A stretch of DNA of 64,000 nt from Eledone cirrhosa (Eukaryota), in NCBI GenBank assembly GCA_964016885.1, contig OZ024756.1:1984001-2048000 (forward strand), read 5' to 3'. Positions 1 to 12,745 of the stretch are shown one piece after another. Position 1 is the stretch's first letter; each line of letters opens with the position of its first letter. Position numbers and translations under genes: made by a program. The notes below the pieces were generated by a model. It saw only the letters and a program-made list of their open reading frames with translations. It had not been told where the DNA came from and ran no database searches.

Positions 1-3000
1 ATCTATGAAGTGTGCAGTGTCAGTTATCTGGTCCTCTGTCTTGCTGTCTTCAGTTCATCTATGAAGTGTGCAGTGTCAGTGATCAGGTCCTCTGTCTTGC
101 TGTCTTCAGTTCATCTATGAAGTGTGAAGTGTCAGTGATCAGCTCCTCTGTCTTGCTGTCTTCAGTACATCTATGGAGTGTGCAGTGTCAGGGATCTGGT
201 CCTCTGTCTTGCTGTCTTCAGTACATCTATGAAGTGTGCAGTGTCAGTGATCTGGTCCTCTGTCTTGCTGTCTTCAGTACATCTATGAAGTGTGCAGTGT
301 CAGTGATCTGGTCCTCTGTCTTGCTGTCTTCAGTTCATCTATGAAGTGTGCAGTGCCAGTGATCAGGTCCTCTGTCTTGCTGTCTTCAGTATATCAATGA
401 AGTGTGCAGTGTCAGTGATCTGGTCCTCCGTCTTGCTGTCTTCAGTACATCTATGAAGTGTGCAGTGTCAGTGATCTGGTCCTCAGTCTTGCTGTCTTCA
501 GTACATCTATGAAGTGTGCAGTGTCAGTGATCTGGTCCTCTGTCTTGCTGTCTTCAGTACATTTATGAAGTGTGCAGTGTCAGTGATCTGGTCATCTGTC
601 TTGCTGTCTTCAGTACATCAATGAAGTGTGCAGTGTCAGTGATCAGGTCCTCTGTCTTGCTGTCTTCAGTTCATCTATGAAGTGTGCAGTGTCAGGGATC
701 TGGTCCTCTGTCTTGCTGTCTTCAGTTCATCTATAAAGTGTGCAGTGTCAGTGATCTGGTCCTCTGTCTTGCTGTCTTCAGTACATCTATGAAGTGTGCA
801 GTGTCAGTGATCTGGTCCTCCATCCTGCTGTTTTCAGTACATCTATGAAGTGTGCAGTGTCAGTGATCTGGTCCTCTGTCTTGCTGTCTTCAGTACATCT
901 ATGAAGTGTGCAGTGTCAGGGATCTGGTCCTCTGTCTTGCTGGCTTCAGTTCATCTATGAAGTGTGCAGTGTCAGTGATCTGGTCCTCTGTCTTGCTGTC
1001 TTCAGTACATCTATGAAGTGTACAGTGTCAGTGATCTGGTCCTCGGTCTTGCTGTCTTCAGTTCATCTATGAAGTGTGCAGTGTCAGTGATCTGGTCCTC
1101 TGTCTTGCTGTCTTCAGTTCATCTATGAAGTGTGCAGTGTCAGTGATCTGGTCCTCTGTCTTGCTGTCTTCAGTACATCTATGAAGTGTGCAGTGTCAGT
1201 GATCTGGTCCTCTGTCTTGCTGTCTTCAGTACATCTATGAAGTGTGCAGTGTCAGTGATCTGGTCCTCTGTCTTGCTGTCTTCAGTTCATCTATGAAGTA
1301 TGCAGTGTCAGTGATCTGGTCCTCTGTCTTGCTGTCTTCAGTACATCTCTGAAGTGTGCAGTGTCAGTGATCTGGTCCTCTGTCTTGCTGTCTTCAGTTT
1401 ATCTATGAAGTGTGCAGTGTCAGTGATCTGGTCCTCTGTCTTGCTGTCTTCAGTACATCTATGAAGTGTGCAGTGTCAGTGATCTCGTCCTCTGTCTTGC
1501 TGTCTTCAGTACATCTATGAAGTGTGCAGTGTCAGTGATCTGGTCCTCTGTCTTGCTGTCTTCAGTTCATCTATGAAGTGTGCAGTGTCAGTGATCTGGT
1601 CCTCTGTCTTGCTGTCTTCAGTTCATCTATGAAGTATGCAGTGTCAGTGATCTCGTCCTCTGTCTTGCTGTCTGCAGTACATCTATGAAGTTTGCAGTGT
1701 CAGTGATCTGGTCCTCTGTCTTGCTGTCTTCAGTACATCTGTGAACTTTGTAGTGTCAGTGATCAGATCCTCTGTCTTGCTGTCTTCAGTACATCTATGT
1801 AGTGTGCAGTGTCAGTGATCTGGTCCTCTGTCTTGCTGTCTTCAGTATATCTATGATGTGTGCAGTGTCAGTGATCTGGTCTTCTGTCTTGCTGTCTTCA
1901 GTTCATCTATGAAGTGTGCAGTGTCAGTGATCTGGTCCTCTGTCTTGCTGTCTTCAGTACATCTGTGAAGTGTGTAGTGTCAGTGATCAAGTCCTCTGTC
2001 TTGCTGTCTTCAGTACATCTATGTAGTGTGCAGTGTCAGTGATCAGGTCCTCTGTCTTCCTGTCTTCAGTACATCTGTGAAGTGTGCAGTGTCAGTGATC
2101 AGGTCCTCTGTCTTGCTGTCTTAAGTACATCTATGTAGTGTGCAGTGTCAGTGATCTTGTCCTCTGTCTTGCTGTCTTCAGTACATCTATGAAGTGTGCA
2201 GTGTCAGTGATCTGGTCCTCTGTCCTGCTGTCTTCAGTACATCTATGAAGTGTGCAGTGTCAGTGATCTGGTCCTCTGTCTTGCTGTCTTCAGTACATCT
2301 ATGAAGTGTGCAGTGTCAGTGATCTGGTCCTCTGTCTTGCTGTCTTCAGTTCATCTATGAAGTATGCAGTGTCAGTGATCTGGTCCTCTGTCTTGCTGTC
2401 TTCAGTACATCTATGAAGTGTGCAGTGTCAGTGATCTGGTCCTCTGTCTTGCTGTCTTCAGTTTATCTATGAAGTGTGCAGTGTCAGTGATCTGGTCCTC
2501 TGTCTTGCTGTCTTCAGTACATCTATGAAGTGTGCAGTGTCAGTGATCTCGTCCTCTGTCTTGCTGTCTTCAGTACATCTATGAAGTGTGCAGTGTCAGT
2601 GATCTGGTCCTCTGTCTTGCTGTCTTCAGTTCATCTATGAAGTGTGCAGTGTCAGTGATCTGGTCCTCTGTCTTGCTGTCTTCAGTTCATCTATGAAGTA
2701 TGCAGTGTCAGTGATCTCGTCCTCTGTCTTGCTGTCTGCAGTACATCTATGAAGTGTGCAGTGTCAGTGATCTGGTCCTCTGTCTTGCTGTCTTCAGTAC
2801 ATCTGTGAACTTTGTAGTGTCAGTGATCAGATCCTCTGTCTTGCTGTCTTCATTACATCTATGTAGTGTGCAGTGTCAGTGATCTGGTCCTCTGTCTTGC
2901 TGTCTTCAGTACATCTATGATGTGTGCAGTGTCAGTGATCTGGTCCTCTGTCTTGCTGTCTTCAGTTCATCTATGAAGTGTGCAGTGTCAGTGATCTGGT

Positions 3001-6000
3001 CCTCTGTCTTGCTGTCTTCAGTACATCTGTGAAGTTTGTAGTGTCAGTGATCAAGTCCTCTGTCTTGCTGTCTTCAGTACATCTATGTAGTGTGCAGTGT
3101 CAGTGATCAGGTCCTCTGTCTTCCTGTCTTCAGTACATCTGTGAAGTGTGCAGTGTCAGAGATCAGGTCCTCTGTCTTGCTGTCTTCAGTTTATCTATGA
3201 AGTGTGCAGTGTCAGTGATCTGGTCCTCTGTCTTGCTGTCTTCAGTACATCTATGAAGTGTGCAGTGTCAGTGATCTCGTCATCTGTCTTGCTGTCTTCA
3301 GTACATCTATGAAGTGTGCAGTGTCAGTGATCTGGTCCTCTGTCTTGCTGTCTTCAGTTCATCTATGAAGTGTGCAGTGTCAGTGATCTGGTCCTCTGTC
3401 TTGCTGTCTTCAGTTCATCTATGAAGTATGCAGTGTCAGTGATCTCGTCCTCTGTCTTGCTGTCTGCAGTACATCTATGAAGTGTGCAGTGTCAGTGATC
3501 TGGTCCTCTGTCTTGCTGTCTTCAGTACATCTGTGAACTTTGTAGTGTCAGTGATCAGATCCTCTGTCTTGCTGTCTTCAGTACATCTATGTAGTGTGCA
3601 GTGTCAGTGATCTGGTCCTCTGTCTTGCTGTCTTCAGTACATCTATGATGTGTGCAGTGTCAGTGATCTGGTCCTCTGTCTTGCTGTCTTCAGTTCATCT
3701 ATGAAGTGTGCAGTGTCAGTGATCTGGTCCTCTGTCTTGCTGTCTTCAGTACATCTGTGAAGTTTGTAGTGTCAGTGATCAAGTCCTCTGTCTTGCTGTC
3801 TTCAATACATCTATGTAGTGTGCAGTGTCAGTGATCAGGTCCTCTGTCTTCCTGTCTTCAGTACATCTGTGAAGTGTGCAGTGTCAGAGATCAGGTCCTC
3901 TGTCTTGCTGTCTTAAGTACATCTATGTAGTGTGCAGTGTCAGTGATCAGGTCCTCTGTCTTGCTGTCTTCAGTACATCTATGTAGTGTGCAGTGTCAGT
4001 GATCTGGTCCTCTGTCTTGCTGTCTTCAGTACATCTGTGAAGTGTGTAGTGTCAGTGATCAGGTCCTCTGTCTTGCTGTCTTCAGTACATCTATGAAGTG
4101 TGCAGTGTCAGTGATCTGGTCCTCTGTCTTGCTGTCTTCAGTACTTCTATGAAGTGTGCAGTGTCAGTGATCTTGTCCTCTGTCTTGATGTCTTCAGTAC
4201 ATCTATGAAGTGTGCAGTGTCAGTGATCTGGTCCTCTGTCCTGCTGTCTTCAGTACATCTATGAAGTGTGCAGTGTCAGTGATCTGGTCCTCTGTCTTGC
4301 TGTCTTCAGTACATCTATGAAGTGTGCAGTGTCAGTGATCTGGTCCTCTGTCTTGCTGTCTTCAGTTCATCTATGAAGTGTGCAGTGTCAGTGATCAGAT
4401 CCTCTGTCTTGCTGTCTTCAGTTCATCTATGAATTTTGCAGTGTCAGTGATCTGGTCCTCTGTCTTGCTGTCTTCAGTACATCTATGAAGTGTGCAGTGT
4501 CAGTGATCTGGTCCTCTGTCTTGCTGTCTTCAGTACATCTATGAAGTGTGTAGTGTCATTGATCTGGTCCTCCGTCTTGCTGTCTTCAGTACATCTATGA
4601 AGTGTGCAGTGTCAGTGATCTGGTCCTCTGTCTTGCTGTCTTCAGTACATCTATGAAGTGTGCAGTGTCAGTGATCTGGTCCTCTGTCTTGCTGTCTTAA
4701 GTACATCTATGTAGTGTGCAGTGTCAGTGATCAGGTCCTCTGTCTTGCTGTCTTCAGTACATCTATGTAGTGTGCAGTGTCAGTGATCTGGTCCTCTGTC
4801 TTGCTGTCTTCAGTACATCTGTGAAGTGTGTAGTGTCAGTGATCAGGTCCTCTGTCTTGCTGTCTTCAGTACATCTATGAAGTGTGCAGTGTCAGTGATC
4901 TGGTCCTCTGTCTTGCTGTCTTAAGTACATCTGTGAAGTTTGTAGTGTCAGTGATCAAGTCCTCTGTCTTGCTGTCTTCAGTACATCTATGTAGTGTGCA
5001 GTGTCAGTGATCAGGTCCTCTGTCTTCCTGTCTTCAGTACATCTGTGAAGTGTGCAGTGTCAGAGATCAGGTCCTCTGTCTTGCTGTCTTCAGTTTATCT
5101 ATGAAGTGTGCAGTGTCAGTGATCTGGTCCTCTGTCTTGCTGTCTTCAGTACATCTATGAAGTGTGCAGTGTCAGTGATCTCGTCCTCTGTCTTGCTGTC
5201 TTCAGTACATCTATGAAGTGTGCAGTGTCAGTGATCTGGTCCTCTGTCTTGCTGTCTTCAGTTCATCTATGAAGTGTGCAGTGTCAGTGATCTGGTCCTC
5301 TGTCTTGCTGTCTTCAGTTCATCTATGAAGTATGCAGTGTCAGTGATCTCCTCCTCTGTCTTGCTCTCTGCAGTACATCTATGAAGTGTGCAGTGTCAGT
5401 GATCTGGTCCTCTGTCTTGCTGTCTTCAGTACATCTGTGAACTTTGTAGTGTCAGTGATCAGATCCTCTGTCTTGCTGTCTTCAGTACATCTATGTAGTG
5501 TGCAGTGTCAGTGATCTGGTCCTCTGTCTTGCTGTCTTCAGTACATCTATGATGTGTGCAGTGTCAGTGATCTGGTCCTCTGTCTTGCTGTCTTCAGTTC
5601 ATCTATGAAGTGTGCAGTGTCAGTGATCTGGTCCTCTGTCTTGCTGTCTTCAGTACATCTGTGAAGTTTGTAGTGTCAGTGATCAGGTCCTCTGTCTTCC
5701 TGTCTTCAGTACATCTGTGAAGTGTGCAGTGTCAGAGATCAGGTCCTCTGTCTTGCTGTCTTAAGTACATCTATGTAGTGTGCAGTGTCAGTGATCAGGT
5801 CCTCTGTCTTGCTGTCTTCAGTACATCTATGTAGTGTGCAGTGTCAGTGATCTGGTCCTCTGTCTTGCTGTCTTCAGTACATCTGTGAAGTGTGTAGTGT
5901 CAGTGATCAGGTCCTCTGTCTTGCTGTCTTCAGTACATCTATGAAGTGTGCAGTGTCAGTGATCTGGTCCTCTGTCTTGCTGTCTTCAGTACTTCTATGA

Positions 6001-9000
6001 AGTGTGCAGTGTCAGTGATCTTGTCCTCTGTCTTGATGTCTTCAGTACATCTATGAAGTGTGCAGTGTCAGTGATCTGGTCCTCTGTCCTGCTGTCTTCA
6101 GTACATCTATGAAGTGTGCAGTGTCAGTGATCTGGTCCTCTGTCTTGCTGTCTTCAGTACATCTATGAAGTGTGCAGTGTCAGTGATCTGGTCCTCTGTC
6201 TTGCTGTCTTCAGTTCATCTATGAAGTGTGCAGTGTCAGTGATCAGATCCTCTGTCTTGCTGTCTTCAGTTCATCTATGAATTTTGCAGTGTCAGTGATC
6301 TGGTCCTCTGTCTTGCTGTCTTCAGTACATCTATGAAGTGTGCAGTGTCAGTGATCTGGTCCTCTGTCTTGCTGTCTTCAGTACATCTATGAAGTGTGTA
6401 GTGTCATTGATCTGGTCCTCCGTCTTGCTGTCTTCAGTACATCTATGAAGTGTGCAGTGTCAGTGATCTGGTCCTCTGTCTTGCTGTCTTCAGTACATCT
6501 ATGAAGTGTGCAGTGTCAGTGATCTGGTCCTCTGTCTTGCTGACTTAAGTACATCTATGTAGTGTGCAGTGTCAGTGATCAGGTCCTCTGTCTTGCTGTC
6601 TTCAGTACATCTATGTAGTGTGCAGTGTCAGTGATCTGGTCCTCTGTCTTGCTGTCTTCAGTACATCTGTGAAGTGTGTAGTGTCAGTGATCAGGTCCTC
6701 TGTCTTGCTGTCTTCAGTACATCTATGAAGTGTGCAGTGTCAGTGATCTGGTCCTCTGTCTTGCTGTCTTCAGTACTTCTATGAAGTGTGCAGTGTCAGT
6801 GATCTTGTCCTCTGTCTTGCTGTCTTCAGTACATCTATGAAGTGTGCAGTGTCAGTGATCTGGTCCTCTGTCCTGCTGTCTTCAGTACATCTATGAAGTG
6901 TGCAGTGTCAGTGATCTGGTCCTCTGTCTTGCTGTCTTCAGTACATCTATGAAGTGTGCAGTGTCAGTGATCTGGTCCTCTGTCTTGCTGTCTTCAGTTC
7001 ATCTATGAAGTATGCAGTGTCAGTGATCTGGTCCTCTGTCTTGCTGTCTTCAGTACATCTATGAAGTGTGCAGTGTCAGTGATCTGGTCCTCTGTCTTGC
7101 TGTCTTCAGTTTATCTATGAAGTGTGCAGTGTCAGTGATCTGGTCCTCTGTCTTGCTGTCTTCAGTACATCTATGAAGTGTGCAGTGTCAGTGATCTCGT
7201 CCTCTGTCTTGCTGTCTTCAGTACATCTATGAAGTGTGCAGTGTCAGTGATCTGGTCCTCTGTCTTGCTGTCTTCAGTTTATCTATGAAGTGTGCAGTGT
7301 CAGTGATCTGGTCCTCTGTCTTGCTGTCTTCAGTACATCTATGAAGTGTGCAGTGTCAGTGATCTGGTCCTCTGTCTTGCTGTCTTCAGTACATCTGTGA
7401 ACTTTGTAGTGTCAGTGATCAGATCCTCTGTCTTGCTGTCTTCAGTACATCTATGTAGTGTGCAGTGTCAGTGATCTGGTCCTCTGTCTTGCTGTCTTCA
7501 GTACATCTATGATGTGTGCAGTGTCAGTGATCTGGTCCTCTGTCTTGCTGTCTTCAGTTCATCTATGAAGTGTGCAGTGTCAGTGATCTGGTCCTCTGTC
7601 TTGCTGTCTTCAGTACATCTGTGAAGTTTGTAGTGTCAGTGATCAAGTCCTCTGTCTTGCTGTCTTCAGTACATCTATGTAGTGTGCAGTGTCAGTGATC
7701 AGGTCCTCTGTCTTCCTGTCTTCAGTACATCTGTGAAGTGTGCAGTGTCAGAGATCAGGTCCTCTGTCTTGCTGTCTTAAGTACATCTATGTAGTGTGCA
7801 GTGTCAGTGATCAGGTCCTCTGTCTTGCTGTCTTCAGTACATCTATGTAGTGTGCAGTGTCAGTGATCTGGTCCTCTGTCTTGCTGTCTTCAGTACATCT
7901 GTGAAGTGTGTAGTGTCAGTGATCAGGTCCTCTGTCTTGCTGTCTTCAGTACATCTATGAAGTGTGCAGTGTCAGTGATCTGGTCCTCTGTCTTGCTGTC
8001 TTCAGTACTTCTATGAAGTGTGCAGTGTCAGTGATCTTGTCCTCTGTCTTGATGTCTTCAGTACATCTATGAAGTGTGCAGTGTCAGTGATCTGGTCCTC
8101 TGTCCTGCTGTCTTCAGTACATCTATGAAGTGTGCAGTGTCAGTGATCTGGTCCTCTGTCTTGCTGTCTTCAGTACATCTATGAAGTGTGCAGTGTCAGT
8201 GATCTGGTCCTCTGTCTTGCTGTCTTCAGTTCATCTATGAAGTGTGCAGTGTCAGTGATCAGATCCTCTGTCTTGCTGTCTTCAGTTCATCTATGAATTT
8301 TGCAGTGTCAGTGATCTGGTCCTCTGTCTTGCTGTCTTCAGTACATCTATGAAGTGTGCAGTGTCAGTGATCTGGTCCTCTGTCTTGCTGTCTTCAGTAC
8401 ATCTATGAAGTGTGTAGTGTCATTGATCTGGTCCTCTGTCTTGCTGTCTTCAGTACAGCTATGAAGTGTGCAGTGTCAGTGATCTGGTCCTCCGTCTTGC
8501 TGTCTTCTGTTCATTTATGTAGTGTGCAGTGTCAGTGATCTGGTCCTCTGTCTTTCTGTCTTCAGTACATCTATGAAGTGTGCAGTGTTAGTGATCTGGT
8601 CCTCTGTCTTGCTGTCTTCAGTTCATCTATGTAGTGTGCAGTGTCAGTGATCTGGTCCTCTGTCTTGTTGTCTTCAGTACATCTATGAAGTGTGCAGTGT
8701 CAGTGATCTGGTCCTCCGTCTTGCTGTCTTCAGTTCAACTATGTATTGTGCAGTGTCAGTGATCTGGTCCTCTGTCTTTCTGTCTTCAGTACATCTATGA
8801 AGTGTGCAGTGTCAGTGATCTGGTCCTCTGTCTTGCTGTCTTCAGTACATCTATGAAGTGTGCAGTGTCAGTGATCTCGTCCTCTGTCTTGCTGTCTTCA
8901 GTTCATCTATGAAGTGTGCAGTGTCAGTGATCTGGTCCTCTGTCTTGCTGTCTTCAGTTCATCTATGTAGTGTGCAGTGTCAGTGATCTGGTCCTCTGTC

Positions 9001-9740
9001 TTTCTGTCTTCAGTACATCTATGAAGTGTGCAGTGTCAGTGATCTGGTCCTCTCTCTTGCTGTCTTCAGTTCATCTATTTAGTGTGCAGCGTCAGTGATC
9101 TGGTCCTCTGTCTTGCTGTCTTCAGTACATCTATGAAGTGTGCAGTGTCAGTGATCTGGTCCTCTGTCTTGCTGTCTTCAGTTCATCTATGTAGTGTGCA
9201 GTGTCAGTGATCTGGTCCTCTGTCTTGCTGTCTTCAGTACATCTATGAAGTGTGCAGTGTCAGTGATCTGGTCCTCTGTCTTGCTGTCTTCATTTCCTCT
9301 ATGTAGTGTGCAGTGTCAGTGATCTGGTCCTCTGTCTTGCTGTCTTCAGTACATCTATGAAGTGTGCAGTGTCAGTGATCTGGTCCTCCGTCTTGCTGTC
9401 TTCAGTTCATCTATGTAGTGTGCAGTGTCAGTGATCTGGTCCTCTGTCTTTCTGTCTTCAGTACATCTATGAAGTGTGCAGTGTTAGTGATCTGGTCCTC
9501 TGTCTTGCTGTCTTCAGTTCATCTATGTAGTGTGCAGTGTCAGTGATATGGTCCTCTGTCTTGCTGTCTTCAGTACATCTATGAAGTGTGCAGTGTCAGT
9601 GATCTGGTCCTCTGTCTTGCTGTCTTCAGTACATCTATGAAGTCTGCAGTGTCAGTAATCTGGTCCTCTGTCTTGCTGTCTTCAGTTCATCTATGAAGTG
9701 TGCAGTGTCAGTGATCTGGTCTTCTGTCTTGCTGTCTTCA
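1..9740. repeat. 56-bp tandem satellite (~174 copies, runs off the left edge) with higher-order variant blocks
   Basis: Unit ATCTATGAAGTGTGCAGTGTCAGTGATCTGGTCCTCTGTCTTGCTGTCTTCAGTAC recurs every 56 nt (1, 57, ...). It ends at ...gctgtcttca|tacacgtaag (9740). Confidence 0.98.
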
Positions 9741-10474
9741 TACACGTAAGTTCATTTCTTATGTATCCAGTTTTAGCACCAATGGGAAGGGCTGATCTAT
9801 AATGCTCCCACAGGTCTCTGCTGGCAGCTTTCTCATAGAAGTTGGTGTATATCGTACCTTCTTGTGTTACTCTAAGTTGGAAGTCCAACAGAGACAAGGA
9901 ACCATTTTTATCGGGGTGTTCTGTGGTAAATCGTATGTTGTTATCTCTGTTTGAAAATGTCGTAGATATTATGTCGGCCCCTTCACGATATGATGTGAGG
10001 GTGAGTATATCATCTATGTATCGGGTGAAGAAATCACAGGAGTGGTAGTGTGTTGAGCTCTCGACGTTCCAGCTGATTCATATAGGCGATGGTTAGTAGT
10101 CCTGAAAGACTGGACCCCATGGGTAGGCCTGTTGTTTGTTTGTATGTGTGGTGGTAGAAAGTGAAATATGTATTTTCTACGATGACGGATAGAAGCTGAT
10201 GTATGTCTTGTGGAGTGAGGCCGAAGCAGTATCTGTTGTATGAAATGATGCAGTCAGCCACAAGGTTGAACGCTGGACGAGCGGGTACTGTCGTGTAGAA
10301 GGAGACAATGTCTAGGCTAAAGGCATATCTGTTGAGTTTAAGCTGGTTAGGTTGTAGTTGATGTAGTCTTTGTATGACTTCGTCGGAGCTGCTGACATGT
10401 CCAGTAAAAGTAGCAAGCATAGGCTTGAGGATCAGGAAGAGGAACCAGGAGATTTTATAGAAGCGTCCTTCTAT

Positions 10475-11229
10475 TCTTCTTGTGACGCTAAACTCCGCTA
10501 GCTGCAGACTGCGCATCAGCATGTGATATCTCTCTCCACAAAGTTCGATCACCAGCAGCAGAGTTTAAAGAGCAGTCCAGTCCATAGGTCCATTAAAGTC
10601 CAGTCCATAGGTTAACATTATCAAGCCATCATTTTGGCTGCCGGCCTCTGCTTCTCTTACCAGCCAACCTTCCTTCCATGCATAACCTACTCACACCATG
10701 AGTTGATCTTTTCATATGACCGTATAGTTTAAGTAGTCTTGACTTGACAATTGTTCTAATTGGTCTAAGTTTGGTAATGTTGAACAGCTCACTGATACAG
10801 ATACGGTCGCTGAGCCGCTTGACAGTCATAAGTCTCATGATGTGGTTCTGGAATGTAGAGAGCTTCTGAAGGGACCTTGTCGTTCAATTAACGCAGTCAA
10901 GACCATATAACATAACTGGTATGATGTAAGTATCAAAGATTTTAGCCTTCAAACGATAGGAAACTCGTTTTGATGTTAGTACTTCCTTGTTCTTGTTGAA
11001 AGCTGCCCAACCTAGAGCGATTCGTTGTACAGAGGAGGTCACCTCCGGACCCTCGAAGAGGGAACAGGAGGGCATATCAACAGCCCCAGACTGATGTGAC
11101 AGCTATGACTAGGAGATCACACCAGCAGCCCCAGACAGATGTGACATCTATGACCAGGGGATCACACCAGCAATCTCGGTCTGGTTTGATTTATTTATAC
11201 GAATAGAAGAAACACCCAGACAAAAAAAT
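10475..11229 (-). mobile_element. RTE-clade LINE-derived non-autonomous insertion within the PLE RT
   Basis: 10-bp TSD GTCCTTCTAT at 10465-10474 and 11230-11239. Encodes an RTE C-terminus (RIALGWAAF..KAKIFDTYIIPVMLYG..LKLYGHMKR..MEG..GKRSRGRQPK) and has a short (GAA)-type tail. Removing it rejoins IRPIVSSIEG-RFYKISWFL. Confidence 0.88.
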
Positions 11230-11892
11230 GTCCTTCTATACTCGAGACAATTGGTCTAATCTGTAAATTAACACTGGTTTTGTGGGTTTTAATGAAGTGG
11301 TAGAACGTTGGTAGTTTGCTGTTTCTGGTGGTGAGGTTATTTTCATATTTGTTGGGGAGTTGTCTACGTCTGCAGATATCCGTCCATGTGGTGTTGATGT
11401 GGTCTTCAATCTGGTATGCAGCAATGTCTGTCACTTCTGTATATAGTTCACCGTTGTTAAGGTGCTCATATGCCAAGCAGTTGTATGTGTCTCTAGAGAT
11501 GATGCAGAATTCTTTCCCTTTGTCGGAAGGGAGGTATACGAGGTCCTTCTCTGGCATGTTGTTTAGAATGAGGTGTTGTTTCCTGGAGAGGTTAACAAGT
11601 ACCTTATGTTTCTGTGATATGCTAAAAATAGACTGTTTAAGTCTGGAGAGTTTGAGGTTAAGCCCTCGCTTGATAGGCAGTGGAGAAAGCGGGTGGTCTA
11701 TATGGTATATAGGAAATTTAGTGTAGTTCATCGCAGTAGTAGTGTTTATTACTGAGAACCATTTGAGTTGGTTGGCAGCTCAGCAAAAGCTGGCTTCAAG
11801 ATTTAGTTTCATCCTGTCGTCTAGTCGCTGAGTTAATATACATTTTGGGTCAAGACTGAAGAGTTGCTGAGGGGTTTAATTTCTTTGTGTAG

Positions 11893-12175
11893 CCAAGGCT
11901 GAGGAGTTTAGTTCTTCGTATGGCCAAGGCTGAGGAGTTTAGGTTCTTCGTGTGGCCAAGGCTGGGAGTTTAAGTTCTTTGTGTGGCCAAGGCTGAGGAA
12001 TTTAAGTTCTTTGTGCGGTCAAAGCTGAGGAGTTTAAGTTCTTTGTGTGGCCAAGGCTGAGGAATTTAAGTTCTTTGTGTGGCCAAGGCTGAGGAATTTA
12101 AGTTCTTTGTGTGGTCAAGGCTGAGGAATTTAAGTTCTTTGTGCGGTCAAAGCTGAGGAGTTTAAGTTCTTCGTG
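11893..12175. repeat. 32-bp minisatellite (~9 copies) inside the PLE ORF
   Basis: GGCCAAGGCTGAGGAATTTAAGTTCTTTGTGT repeated, e.g. at 12049 and 12081. Confidence 0.92.
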
Positions 12176-12745
12176 TGATAGAGATCCTGTCAAGTCTGTG
12201 ACGAGAGTTGTGATATTGTTTGAAGTGTTGGTGACCTCAGTGGTGGTAGTTTCTCGACTGTCTCTGTTGTTGTAGTATGAATAATTGTTGTTCCGGTGAT
12301 GTTTCTTGCAAAGCCATAGGCATTTTCATTTCAGGCGTTTCTTCTCGAGATTGAAGCAGTTGTGATAACATCGATTTATAGCAGCGGTTGTTTTTGGAGC
12401 AGTAACTCTGGGGTTATAATTAGTTTTGGAAGCGTATCGGAGATTCTTTGTATGTGTTGCTGGAGTTGGTAGTGTAAGTGTTGTATGATTTTCTTGGTGC
12501 AGAACTTGCGTAAGTAGTCTAGTGGCTGCCCGAGGTTTGGTAAGTAGAAGCATGTTGGTAAGGGTATGTTCTTGTGTTGGGTATTAGATTGTTCTGAGGC
12601 AACGTTTTATTTGATTTGGCAGCCGACATTGGCACGTTTCTCTGATAGTTTGAATAGTTCCTTAGTAGTTGCAAACTGGGCCATGCTCAGGCATAGTGAT
12701 AATAAAATGTAGTTTGCTTGAAGTATTGTATATAATATATAACAT

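Larger units (their letters stand above)
9691..12684 (-). pseudogene. Decayed Penelope-like element reverse transcriptase ORF (frameshifted, interrupted; GIY-YIG domain not in window)
   Basis: Minus-strand fragments in PLE order: MAQFATTKELFKLSEKR (ATG 12684), KRGLNL, LVYLPSDKG, LPTFYHFIKTHK..IRPIVSS, SLDIVSFYTTVP, TYKQTTGLPMGSSLS, FFTRYIDD, SLLDF, HYRSALP..K.GYIRNEL. Confidence 0.92.

Noticed and set aside
1-9740. CRISPR-like regular array (also 37699-38670, 41259-42609, 60467-61135)
   Set aside because: Head-to-tail repeats without unique spacers, no cas genes, eukaryotic context.
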